64,000 nt of DNA from Octopus bimaculoides (taxonomy: Eukaryota), in NCBI RefSeq assembly GCF_001194135.2, contig NC_068982.1:44756111-44820110 (forward strand), written 5' to 3'. The first letter of the stretch is position 1; each line of letters starts with the position of its first letter. The position numbers were made by a program, and so were the translations under genes. Of this stretch, positions 12,090 through 23,958 are shown piece after piece. The notes beneath the pieces were generated by a model. That model was not told where the DNA came from. It did no database searches and saw only the letters and a program-made list of their open reading frames with translations.

Positions 12090-12235
12090 CAAAGCACATT
12101 CCAGTGGCCAAGGAAGGAGTCTCCACGTGGTCAATCAATTCGTTAAAAATAGTAGACAAACCTTCCTCAAATCACGACCTGCCATTTCGAAAAGGTTGGG
12201 AAACACTTGACAATATGTTTGTGGATATACAAAAC
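12090..12235 (+). repeat. Degenerate dispersed repeat (family F)
   Basis: Motif TAGAAATAGCAGCCAAAT..CTCAAATCAC recurs at ~4740-4860 (-), 14240-14410, 20760-20950 (-), 23030-23220, 38300, 39670-39850 (-) and 62005-62170. Confidence 0.5.
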
Positions 12236-12324
12236 GACAAACTGGTGATGATACAGATAAACAATGACTGGTGTTATAGCCATCTATATTATGTGATGAC
12301 GTCTATTAATGGTGGATAAACTAG

Positions 12325-12488
12325 GCGCAGGAGTGGCTATGTGGTAAGTAGCTTGCTAACCAACTACATGGTTCCAAGTTCAGTCCCACTGCGTAGCACC
12401 TTGAGCATGTGTCTTCTACTATAGCCTCAAGCCGACCAAAGCCTTGTGAGTGGATTTGATAGACGGAAACTGAAAGAAGCCCGTCGTA

Positions 12489-12531
<43 letters not shown>

Positions 12532-12748
12532 TTGTGTGTCTGTGTTTGTCCCCCCACCCACCCAACATCACTTGACAACCGATGCTGGTGTGTTTACGTC
12601 CCTGTAACTTAGCGGTTCGGCAAAATAGACCGATATAATAAGTACTAGGCTTACAAAGAATAAGTCCTGGGGTCGATTTGCTCGACTAAAGGTGATGCTC
12701 CAGCATGGCCGCAGTCAAATAACTGAAAGAAGTATAAGAGCAAAAGAG
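12325..12748 (+). mobile_element. SINE family A, full length
   Basis: Full head to tail; 8-bp TSD TAAACTAG at 12317-12324 and 12749-12756. Confidence 0.93.
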
Positions 12749-12933
12749 TAAACTAGCACGGATTTTGAGAGTTCCGTGATACGAAATTGTATGATCACGA
12801 GTTTGCTTCCATGCTCGCTCGACAAAAACCATCTTTATACCAAACTTCCTACATCAAAGCTACCTTCCCTATATAAAGGAGTGGGAGTTTTAAGTTTCGT
12901 ATTATCTAAACACCACCTAGCAACTATCTATTT

Positions 12934-13117
12934 CAGTGCTCAGCAACTAGTATACCGCGGCACACTGGTGTGCCACGAGACGATGCTAGGTGTGCCGCAA
13001 TGTAAACTAAATATAATTTTCCCCGATACTTTTAGCGGTATTTTTAGTTCAGGTGTGCCGCCGAATTTTGAAAAGAATATAAGTGTACCACTAGTGAAAA
13101 AAGGTTGCGGAACACTG
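12934..13117. mobile_element. hAT-Charlie-like MITE (184 bp)
   Basis: TIRs CAGTGCTCAGCAACT / GGTTGCGGAACACTG; flanks ATCTATTT / ACCTATAC partly match. Confidence 0.65.
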
Positions 13118-13157
13118 ACCTATACTACCCTTGCTTTACCATGCCTGAACACATGTT

Positions 13158-13280
13158 CACTGGCTCGGGAACGAAATCAGCTTAGGGGGTGCAAACCCAG
13201 GTTCAAATTTTTTTACAAAGTTTTATCGTTTTTTTTTATTAATATATTTGTTCTTTGTTCTCTGAGAAGAAACCTAACTT
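13158..13280 (+). mobile_element. Left half of the hAT MITE family seen at 57976, cut by SINE-A
   Basis: CACTGGCTCGGGAAC...GGGGGTGCAAACCCAGGTTCAAATTTTTT aligns with 57976-58110. Confidence 0.7.
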
Positions 13281-13635
13281 CCTCTTTTACTTGTTTCAGT
13301 CATTTCACTGCGGCCATGCTGGAGCACCGCATTTAGTCGAGAAAATCGACCCCAGGACTTATTTTTTGTAAGCCTAGTACTTATTTTATCGGTCTCTTTT
13401 TGCCGAACGGCTAAGTTACGGGGACGTAAACACACCAGCATCGGTTCTCAAGCGATGTTGGGGGGCACACACAGACACACAAACACACACACACATACAT
13501 ATATATACATATATACGACGGGCTTCTTTCAGTTTCCGTCTACCAAATCTACTCACAAGGCTTTAGTCGGCCCTAGGCTATAGTAGAAGACACTTGCCCA
13601 AGGTGCCACACAGTGGGACTGAACCCGGAGCCATG
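13281..13635 (-). mobile_element. SINE family A (head runs into N gap)
   Basis: Reverse-complement match to 12325-12748. Confidence 0.92.
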
Positions 13636-15403
13636 NNNNNNNNNNNNNNNNNNNNNNNNNNNNNNNNNNNNNNNNNNNNNNNNNNNNNNNNNNNNNNNNN
13701 NNNNNNNNNNNNNNNNNNNNNNNNNNNNNNNNNNNNNNNNNNNNNNNNNNNNNNNNNNNNNNNNNNNNNNNNNNNNNNNNNNNNNNNNNNNNNNNNNNNN
13801 NNNNNNNNNNNNNNNNNNNNNNNNNNNNNNNNNNNNNNNNNNNNNNNNNNNNNNNNNNNNNNNNNNNNNNNNNNNNNNNNNNNNNNNNNNNNNNNNNNNN
13901 NNNNNNNNNNNNNNNNNNNNNNNNNNNNNNNNNNNNNNNNNNNNNNNNNNNNNNNNNNNNNNNNNNNNNNNNNNNNNNNNNNNNNNNNNNNNNNNNNNNN
14001 NNNNNNNNNNNNNNNNNNNNNNNNNNNNNNNNNNNNNNNNNNNNNNNNNNNNNNNNNNNNNNNNNNNNNNNNNNNNNNNNNNNNNNNNNNNNNNNNNNNN
14101 NNNNNNNNNNNNNNNNNNNNNNNNNNNNNNNNNNNNNNNNNNNNNNNNNNNNNNNNNNNNNNNNNNNNNNNNNNNNNNNNNNNNNNNNNNNNNNNNNNNN
14201 NNNNNNNNNNNNNNNNNNNNNNNNNNNNNNNNNNNNNNNNNNNNNGGTAGTAAAGAAATAGCACACATTATATATAAAAAGAAAAAGGTTGTATCAACCA
14301 AAGACATCCTGAACGATGTTTAAAAAGACAGTATGATGAAGGCTTTAACTTATTTGATATTAGGTCTGTTCGATCAAGGTCGCACCAGGGCTAAACAACA
14401 ACAACAAGAACAACAACACATATTCGTGTTTCTTATTAATGATACAAGGTTGCTTTTTCCAATGGAATCGGTTGTGTGAGCTTCTATCGAGCGGNNNNNN
14501 NNNNNNNNNNNNNGGGGGGGGGGGGTTCTTGTTCGTTTGTTTTTTGCACTCGGCATGCATCTACTCTGCACCTCCCATCCTTAATGCACTCATAGAAACA
14601 TGCACCCACGTGCACACACACACACACACACACTTTCATACATGCACATTCACAGCATAATGATATCCCGAGACTGATTCGTGTTTCTCTTATTGTTTCG
14701 ATCGATTCGATCCCTTGTGGATGTTGACATTAGCAGCCAGCTGCCTGTGGTAGTAGTAATGGTGGTGGTGGTGGTGGTGGTGGTNNNNNNNNNNNNNNNN
14801 NNNNNNNNNNNNNNNNNNNNNNNNNNNNNNNNNNNNNNNNNNNNNNNNNNNNNNNNNNNNNNNNNNNNNNNNNNNNNNNNNNNNNNNNNNNNNNNNNNNN
14901 NNNNNNNNNNNNNNNNNNNNNNNNNNNNNNNNNNNNNNNNNNNNNNNNNNNNNNNNNNNNNNNNNNNNNNNNNNNNNNNNNNNNNNNNNNNNNNNNNNNN
15001 NNNNNNNNNNNNNNNNNNNNNNNNNNNNNNNNNNNNNNNNNNNNNNNNNNNNNNNNNNNNNNNNNNNNNNNNNNNNNNNNNNNNNNNNNNNNNNNNNNNN
15101 NNNNNNNNNNNNNNNNNNNNNNNNNNNNNNNNNNNNNNNNNNNNNNNNNNNNNAATGGTAAGCTTGCTGTAATGTGAATTTCGATGACTTTACTAAGGGA
15201 TAATGTTGATGGTGATTATCATGATAATGATGATCAGGAGGAAGAAGAGAAGAAGATGAAGAAAAAAGGAGGAGGAGGAGGAGGAGATGTAAGAAGAAAA
15301 TGAATATGACACAGTTACTCCCCGTCCTTGGTGTTGCTGTAGCTTTTTTCACTTTCTAGTGTTATTGCTACACGATGAGCATCGTGTGTATGCGCGCGTG
15401 TGG

Positions 15404-15441
<38 letters not shown>

Positions 15442-16072
15442 CAGCATGTTTGATGGGTTTACTGCGCATGTGTGTGAGCTTCCTATATGCAATACAATGT
15501 ATGGGGTGCACACATCACCTATTAAGCCAGTTGCTGTTCTCACAGTTCCCAGTCGGCAAATGGCAAACATCACAATGAAGGTATCAACTGTGCTTTAAAA
15601 TGACACAACAAAGTGAAAGATGGCAGAAAAGAGCATCAGCACCAAACTCTGGAGACATCTTTCTACGACCAGGACTATTTGGAGAATACGCTGCTTATCC
15701 TCACGAATGGTATAAAGCGACAGATGTAATCACCTCTCCTTTCCACCCTTCCCCTCTCTCTCTCTCTCTCTTTCTCTTTATCTCTCTCTTGTGTGTGTAT
15801 GTGTGTGCGTGTGTGTGTGATTATATATATATATTATAAATTTAATCTTAAGCATGTGAATATTTTATGTTAATGCGACCGAATTCTTTTTACAACTAAC
15901 TATGTAAATGAGAAAAGACCTGACCTGATGGGAATGCAGTTTTCATAAAATAACATGCTCAATACATTCCCTCAAAAGCTAAGAGGAAGTAAACGAATCC
16001 TGATGATGGCTTTAACAAAAGACAAAACTAGTTGACTCAGACTTTTCTCTTGGATGCTGAGCGTCCAGCACA

Positions 16073-16103
<31 letters not shown>

Positions 16104-16397
16104 CATATAAATATATATATAAAACCAGTTACGAATTAAAAGTAGCGCTAGTGTTGTAGACATTATCGAACGCACATACTCAATATACGTTTGCTTGTTA
16201 ACGTTTGAGGGTCGACGACCCCATAGCACGGGGTATTATAAATACCTGAAAGTCATAGACAGGTGAGACAATCCGCTCCTAGTCCCATTCAGGAATGATA
16301 GATATCGATATTTCGCCGTGTGTGTGTGTGTGTGTGTGTGTGTTCACATACACACACACGCACACATGTGATATGTGGCTGGGTGTGCGAGTGTGTT

Positions 16398-16722
16398 GTC
16401 GTAGATATGGCCGAATGGTTGAGACGTTCTTTTCTCAGTTATGACGTCACGGGTTCTATCTCTTAGAGTAGTATCATAGGCAAGTATCTTTTAGCGTAGC
16501 TTCAAATCGACCCCGAATCTTGAGAGTGGGTAGACGGAAACGATCAGAAACTCGCCGGATGGACTGTACCTGTAATTGAAGGTCTCGTCTTTGTTCTCCT
16601 CGATAAATGCATTAAGGGTATACTTGTCTGTGGAATATTCAGCCACTTGCATGCTAATTCAATGAATATTCTGCTCTTCTGATCGAACAATTGGAACACT
16701 CGTTGTCGAATCCGACGGAGAT
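16398..16722 (+). mobile_element. Hybrid SINE: family-A-like head/core with family-C 3' tail (degenerate)
   Basis: GGCAAGTATCTT...GTGGGTAGACGGAAAC (A-like) followed by TTAAGGGTATACTTGTCTGTGGAATATTCAGCCACTTGCA...GATCGAACAATTGGAAC (C tail). Confidence 0.65.
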
Positions 16723-17769
16723 CCATTTTCATATAAATGCGCGCACACACACACATGTATGCATGTATGTATGAATGAATGCCTGTATGTGTATATGTAT
16801 GAATGCGTGCACGCATGTACGTATGTACAAACGTATGTATACGTATGCATGTATGTATGCATGTGTATCTGTATGAATGTATGAACGTATACATGCATGT
16901 GTATCTGTTTGTATGAATGAATGCATGCATCCATGTCTATATACATGTGTGTATGCATGCATGCATGTATGAATGTATGCATACGTGTTTCTATGTATGT
17001 CTCTATGCATGTGTGNNNNNNNNNNNNNNNNNNNNNNNNNNNNNNNNNNNNNNNNNNNNNNNNNNNNNNNNNNNNNNNNNNNNNNNNNNNNNNNNNNNNN
17101 NNNNNNNNNNNNNNNNNNNNNNNNNNNNNNNNNNNNNNNNNNNNNNNNNNNNNNNNNNNNNNNNNNNNNNNNNNNNNNNNNNNNNNNNNNNNNNNNNNNN
17201 NNNNNNNNNNNNNNNNNNNNNNNNNNNNNNNNNNNNNNNNNNNNNNNNNNNNNNNNNNNNNNNNNNNNNNNNNNNNNNNNNNNNNNNNNNNNNNNNNNNN
17301 NNNNNNNNNNNNNNNNNNNNNNGTCCCTCCTCATCACATCCTACCCTAACGTCCCATTACGAGCAGTAATGATAGACTCGTCCTTCTTTTACTTTCCTTT
17401 TGCTCCAAACCGCAGGCACAACATTAAAAAAAGAAATCAATATTGTTTCTATTATTCTTATATATCCCAAGATACATGACTCGGTTTTTTGTTGAAAGGA
17501 AGGGGGGACAGACTTTGTTGAGATGTATCCTGTATATTACTGGTACGGGAGGGGGAGGGAAGAGAGAGAGAGAGAGAGAAAGGAGACGCGAGGATATTAA
17601 TTAAACCTTAGTTATCTGTCACATCATAGTGGATAAGAAAATGAGTGAAGATAAGAGAGAAAGAAAGGGAAGGAAGTAAAAGAGGATGATGCAAGAGAAA
17701 GCTATAGAGTAAGGGAAAGAAGGGGAAGGAAAATAAGAGAGAATGTGTATAAGAGAGAATGTATGTGCT

Positions 17770-17825
<56 letters not shown>

Positions 17826-18130
17826 CGTGAATGCATGAGAGTGTGCGCGTAGGTGTGTGTGTGTATGTGTGTGAGAGAGAGAGACAGAGAGAGTCAGATA
17901 GATAGACAGACAGACAGAGTGTATGGAAGAGAAAAGGTATATGAGGGAGAGTGACTGTATGTACGAAAGAGAGAGAATGTGTGTGTGAGAGAGAGAGAGA
18001 AAGAGAGGGGGGAGAGAGAAACAGCCTTTGGTTCTGTTTCTTGAAAACCATAATTTGTTATTGATAAGCTTTCTTCTAAGATGTATTTTGTATTGGACCT
18101 TCCTTACTTTAGTGTGCAGGTAGGAATGTG

Positions 18131-18170
<40 letters not shown>

Positions 18171-18180
18171 NNNNNNNNNN

Positions 18181-18226
<46 letters not shown>

Positions 18227-18483
18227 CTTATGTGTGTGCGTATGTGTGTGTGCGTGCGTGCGCGTACGTCAGTGTTTTTTGTACCTTTGTGTGTGTGCGC
18301 ATGCATTAGCTTTGCGTCTTTCATCTACGTGTATCTGTATTCTTGTTGTTTACTCTTAGATTGGCCAAAGTCAGGAAGATCTATATTATATCGAAGACAT
18401 TTCAGACATGGCTGCATCTTTTTATGCTTCGTGCATTAAGTATATCTACAACTGCATCATCTAACATGTCTTCCTCGTTGTTA

Positions 18484-18528
<45 letters not shown>

Positions 18529-18531
18529 GTG

Positions 18532-18724
18532 AAGGCGACGAGCTGGCAGAATCATTAGCACGCTGGACGAAATGCTTAGCGGTATTTCGCCTGTCGTTGC
18601 GTTCTGAGTTCAAATTCCGCCTTTCGGGGTCGATTAAATAAGTATCAGTTACACACTGGGGTCGATGTAATCGACTTAATCCCTTCCCCAAAATTTGAGG
18701 CCTTGTGCTTCCAGTAGAAAAAAT
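18532..18724 (+). mobile_element. SINE family B preceded by long (ATT)n
   Basis: AAGGCGACGAGCTGGCAGAATC head; (ATT)n at 18481-18528. Confidence 0.9.
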
Positions 18725-19736
18725 TATTACCTTCTCTTTAGCGAAGGTATTGTTTTCAGTCGCATTTGTTTGTTTGTTTGTCTGTGGACAAGATACCTCA
18801 AGAATCGCAGGATGGATTCGGATGAAATTTTCAGGAATGTTTGACATCGTGACTGGCACAAACTAATTAAATTTTGGGATCGATCTGGTACCGGACAAAG
18901 ATTCTGGATTATTTGTTATATTTACGTTACTTTACAGGAAGTATTACGATCTTACGTTGACTTTCAAGACTTTCTCTGATTATCTCCCTTGAAATCACGC
19001 TCATGGTTTCCACGTAAGTTATGGTGGTGTTGCTGTTTCCAAAGTTTTATTTTCGTTTCTATATTATTAATTTTACTCGCGTCTGTATCTTAGTAGAAAC
19101 TGATGGATAAAGAAATCAAAATACATAAACAAACGGCAGCAAAACCGCTCAGAAATTGACATTAACGTATTCGGTAACAATAATAAATTTGATTTATCCT
19201 CATCAATTTTCAGTTTTACCAATTTTGAATATATCGCTCCTGTTTAAAACCTCTTACTTACTTGACAATTGCATTTCTGGCTCTGCCTTGATGAAAGATT
19301 TACTTCTTGGACTCACGTTTTTGTGCAAGCCCTTTCCGTTTTCTTTCACGCACGGATAAATTTTTCACTGTAGACCTTAATGATCGTAAAGACACTATAT
19401 CAGTGGATAGACTAAAAAATGCCTTCATAGAGAAAACTGTCCCTGTTCTCACTGCAGACGACACACACGCAGCATTACAAACACGGCTCGCACACCCACC
19501 TTCACATTCCATGACTACCATTGAGATCGATCTGGTACCAGACAAGGATTCTGGATTGATTTTCCGGGGTTTTTAACTTGATTTTTGAGAGCGGTCGGGT
19601 TCATTTTTAGTATTCTCGTTTGTGAGAGCAGTCGAGTTTATTTCAGATATTCTCAAATTAAAAATCATCTCCGGCTAATAGTGGAGAGGACGTTGGTGTT
19701 GCCTTGGCGAAGGTTTGCGCTCTCTGGGTCTTCTTG
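18725..19736 (+). mobile_element. Helentron-type non-autonomous element (HINE/DINE-1-like)
   Basis: 5' TATTACCTTC...GAAGGT hairpin, then (TTTG)n and GGATTCGGATGAAATTTT; 3' CCTTGGCGAAGGTTTGCGCTCTCTG...TT end typical of Helentron-associated elements; 33-bp internal direct repeat. Confidence 0.7.
19291..19440 (+). pseudogene. Gypsy-type integrase C-terminal (GPY/F) fragment
   Basis: KDL/SWTHVFV (frameshifted), then SPFRFLSRTDKFFTVDLNDRKDTISVDRLKNAF, matching GPFxVLxRxDKxFTxDxNGRxDTVSxDRLKPA. Confidence 0.75.
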
Positions 19737-19780
19737 TTGTTGTTGTTGTTGTTATTATTATTATTATTATTACTATTACT

Positions 19781-19995
19781 AAGGCAGCGAGCTGGCAGAA
19801 TCGTTAGCAAGCCGGGCGAAATGCTTAGCGGTATTTTGTCTGTCGCTACGTTCTGAGTTCAAATTCCGCCGAGGTCGACTTTGCCTCTCAGCCTTTCGGG
19901 GTCGATAAATTAAGGACTAGTTGCGTACTGGGGTTGATCTAATCGATTGGACTCCCTCCCCCAAAATTTCGGGTCTTGTGCCTAGAATAGAAAAG
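19781..19995 (+). mobile_element. SINE family B, near-consensus, CpG intact
   Basis: Full length; (ATT)n-type tracts on both sides. Confidence 0.93.
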
Positions 19996-20037
<42 letters not shown>

Positions 20038-20046
20038 GTTGTTGTT

Positions 20047-20256
20047 GCAGTGAGCTGGCAGATTCGTTAGTACGCCGGGCGAAATGCTTAGCGGTATTTC
20101 GTCCGCCGCTACGTTCTGAGTTCAAATTCCGCCGAGGTTGACTTTGCCTTTCAGCCTTTCGGAGTCGATAAAATAAGTACCAGTTGAACATTGGGGCCAA
20201 TGTAATCGACTCATCCCCACTCCCCCAAGCTGCCCTTGTGGCAAAAATTTGAAATA
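20047..20256 (+). mobile_element. SINE family B, directly after the tail of the previous copy
   Basis: Head-to-tail with 19781-19995 across (ATT)n(GTT)n. Confidence 0.92.
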
Positions 20257-20569
20257 ATTATTATACAAAACTGTAGGATTAATATATGAAGAATTTTTAC
20301 AACTATTTCTAACGAGCCGAGGGACGTCTTTGAAGCTTGTAGCAAAATGCTTGACTGTGCATATCTATACTCATGTATATAGTGTGTGTGTATGTTTATG
20401 TTTGTGTCAATGCATGCCTGTATACGTGGGTGTGTTATACTACTTGTTACAAGTGCTCAATGAAGTATTATAAGTAAAAAGATAAACAAGAGGTTTAACC
20501 TATTTGTTTTATACTTCCGCTTAATATCTCTGCCGTTGTTTTTACTATACTAACAGGCTATTTTATTGA

Positions 20570-21540
20570 TAATGATGATGATGGGAGTGGCGGTGGCGGT
20601 AAGGGGTGGCAACACTGGTGGCGGCGGTAGTGGTGGTTGGGTGGGGTGCTGCTGCTACTGCTGCTGCTGCTGATAGAATTGTCATTGTTGTTGTTGGTGG
20701 TGGTGGCCACAGGATTGTAAGTTGACGTGGTGCTGCGTTTCGTGTTGCCGTTTACTATTTATAAATCCAGTCCCACTGTGTTACAAAACATTCCAGCCGC
20801 GACCGTCCCCAATTTTTAAAAGATATAAGTCCATCTGAGATCACATTATCTAACGTGCCCTCTATTTTTAAGGCGGTTTGCTTTGTGATGTGAAGAGATA
20901 TTATTTGGCTGCTATTTCTAGCAGGTTGAACCACCACGTACAGATGCCCTCAGCTGCTGCTGGTAGAGATGGCGATGATGGTGATGGTGAAATGGTTACA
21001 AATTGATTATGGTGGTGGTGTGGTGGTGGTGGTGATCGTGAATATATTTATTGATATTGACAGTCACTGTCGTAGTGGCGGTTTTGTTATGAACGTAGTA
21101 ATTAAAGGAAGCATTTGTTAGTAGTATTAGGTGTTGTTATTGCTACTGTTGTTGTTGCTGCAGCTGATGGTGATGGTGACGGTGAGAGACTAGTTGTTTT
21201 AATAGTTAATGGTAAATGATCTGGTGATGATAGGTAGTTAAATCATGGCTGGTTTTTGTTGTGATGAAGCTGTTGTCGTGGCGACGACGACGGCGGCGAC
21301 AATGTTGATGATGACGACGACGACGATCATGATGTTAAGGATCATCATCATCATCATCATCATCATCAACGTGACGACGGCGGTGGTGGTGATAGGAGCA
21401 CCAGCAGATGTTGTAGTCGTATTATTACATCTGTTCTCCATGTTAGTGTTGGCGTTTGTGTTGATGTTGATGTTGTTGTTGGTGGTGGTGATGATGATGA
21501 TGCTGGTCGGTAGTTATAAATATGACTGTTGTAGGCGTTA
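20570..21540. repeat. Cryptic trinucleotide low-complexity tract (GGT/GAT/GTT/GCT/CAT)
   Basis: Direct reading; interrupted by a family F repeat at 20760-20950. Confidence 0.8.
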
Positions 21541-23741
21541 GGTGTGTGAGTGGCGGGAAGACGTTTGCAATATTGATTCCTTTACGAAATAGCAAAAACA
21601 AATTTCATGCTTGCATTTGTTATTGTTAAGAGTATTTTAGCTGATGCCGTAGTCGTAGTCGTTGTTGTTTCACTTTCGTTTTTGATGAATCGCATAGATT
21701 GAACGGGTGACCGGAGAGCAAGGGGCGAATGCTTTTTTACAACTTTTAGTCGTGGGTGTTGTATGTAAGCGTGTGGTTCTCTTTTCGAGTTATCTCTAGA
21801 CAACTTCATTGCTTAGTTATGACGTCAGTTGGTGCGTGTCATTTTTCGGAAATATTTGCATTTTTCAAATTAATTCAGCTGCTTTTTTTTTTTGTTTTTG
21901 TTTTATTTTAACTTGATTCCTTGCTACTATGGTTGTAGTTCAACTGATATTTCGCATGTGATTGAACTCTTCGTGGTAACTTTTTTTTTTAATATTTGTC
22001 AGACAGATAGATCATAGGCTGGCTCTTGAAAATTGCAAATATTAATGAATAACGAATGTAATNNNNNNNNNNNNNNNNNNNNNNNNNNNNNNNNNNNNNN
22101 NNNNNNNNNNNNNNNNNNNNNNNNNNNNNNNNNNNNNNNNNNNNNNNNNNNNNNNNNNNNNNNNNNNNNNNNNNNNNNNNNNNNNNNNNNNNNNNNNNNN
22201 NNNNNNNNNNNNNNNNNNNNNNNNNNNNNNNNNNNNNNNNNNNNNNNNNNNNNNNNNNNNNNNNNNNNNNNNNNNNNNNNNNNNNNNNNNNNNNNNNNNN
22301 NNNNNNNNNNNNNNNNNNNNNNNNNNNNNNNNNNNNNNNNNNNNNNNNNNNNNNNNNNNNNNNNNNNNNNNNNNNNNNNNNNNNNNNNNNNNNNNNNNNN
22401 NNNNNNNNNNNNNNNNNNNNNNNNNNNNNNNNNNNNNNNNNNNNNNNNNNNNNNNNNNNNNNNNNNNNNNNNNNNNNNNNNNNTCTATTACTGGTTTTGC
22501 TGCCTCATAAATAATTTGTATACTTTTCATATCAATTATATCTTTCATACTCAGCAGAAAAGCGTCAATGTCACGCAGTTTCCTTTTTAAAAAAATTGAC
22601 AATCTTATGCCTCTAAGGAAATCAGTTATCGCTGTTTAGTTACAAGTTGGTTCAAATCGAACAGGCTCATAGTGACAAGCACTCACGTCATCACTACCAC
22701 CTCTTATTTTCATGAACGGGAAATACCGTGTTAGGTGTACTACTCAGAAAGTCCCGTGAGTCGCAGTTTATCCATGACTAGTCTTAGCGAATATCGTAAA
22801 ATTGGTTTTAATTCTAGGTGGCGTGATTCTACGACCAAGTTCCATTTTCAAATATTCCATTCATGTTAAATTACTGGTACATTTGAGAAAAGGATGATTG
22901 CCACATCATCCTAGTCCACTCAATTGGGAATCTTTTGATTACTCAATGAAAATGAGAATGCAGCATTAATTTAACAGAATTCGCTGCTCGTTTTTAATTC
23001 CAAATTTCACTTATGTTAATAATACAACGATGGACCCTCCATAAGTCCACTCGGTGGCAAAAAATAGCTGTCAGATCTCTCTTACATAATAGTCTATCGT
23101 CCTTAGAAAGTACCAAAATTTGTAACCATTATAAAATATAGTTCTAGATGTTTCTAAAAATATATTGGATGACCATTGTCGGAAAGCCTTTGGTCATAGG
23201 TCTGTTTGACTTATGGGTAAGTAACAGAAGCAAGAAATACATTATCACCACAGCATCCCATTTCTATTGATGTAAATAAATTCTCAGCTTTCTGTGTTTA
23301 TACAAAAAACACTACAATAGCTGTAGAGCAAATAATTAAGTTGCAAGCAATACGATAATGGCTGAAGTTGTTTCACTTCTACTACACGTCCTTGAAAAAG
23401 ACATGATAGTTATAATTTCCCATTTTCTCACTCCCGAAACATAGGGTCCTTGAGCTATAGTCAAAATAAATCAATTACAATCTTGAAATATCCAAAAAGG
23501 AAGAAGAAATTCAAATGATATCGTCATATCGTTATTTTTTTATATTTTTCTGTAAGAGAAATCGTTTAATGTATCTCATTACGTTTAAGAACTTTGTTGG
23601 TCTATCTATATAAATATAAATGTAAGAAATAAATCATTCGTAACAGAACGACACAAGCATCGAATGCATTGCTAAGACCGATTATTTCAAAATAACGTAG
23701 AATAAATTACAGTTAATTTAGTAATAATATATGGGTATACC

Positions 23742-23958
23742 AAGGCAACGAGCTGGCAGAATAGTTAGCAAGCCGGACAAAATGCTTAGCGGTATTTCGA
23801 TCGTCTTTACGTTTTTAGTTCAAATGCAACTGAGGTCGACTTTGCCTTTCATCCTTTCAGGATCGATAAAATAAGTACCAGTCGAGTCCTGGGGGGTCGA
23901 TGTAATCGACTTCCCTCTTCCTCCGAAGTTACTGGCCTTCTGCTAAAATTTGAAACCA
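23742..23958 (+). mobile_element. SINE family B
   Basis: AAGGCAACGAGCTGGCAGAATAG...TTTGAAACC. Confidence 0.9.

Noticed and set aside
12776-13336. 186-aa ORF
   Set aside because: Runs through two MITEs and a SINE tail; chance open frame.
15500-15720. Protein-like frames (FGEYAAYPHEWYKATD on plus; TVDTFIVMFAICRLG on minus)
   Set aside because: Competing short frames on both strands, weak splice support and no recognised homology.
20570-21810. Poly-His/Thr/Gln-type ORFs suggesting a transcription-factor exon
   Set aside because: All frames are interrupted by stops and a dispersed repeat; consistent with a cryptic trinucleotide tract.
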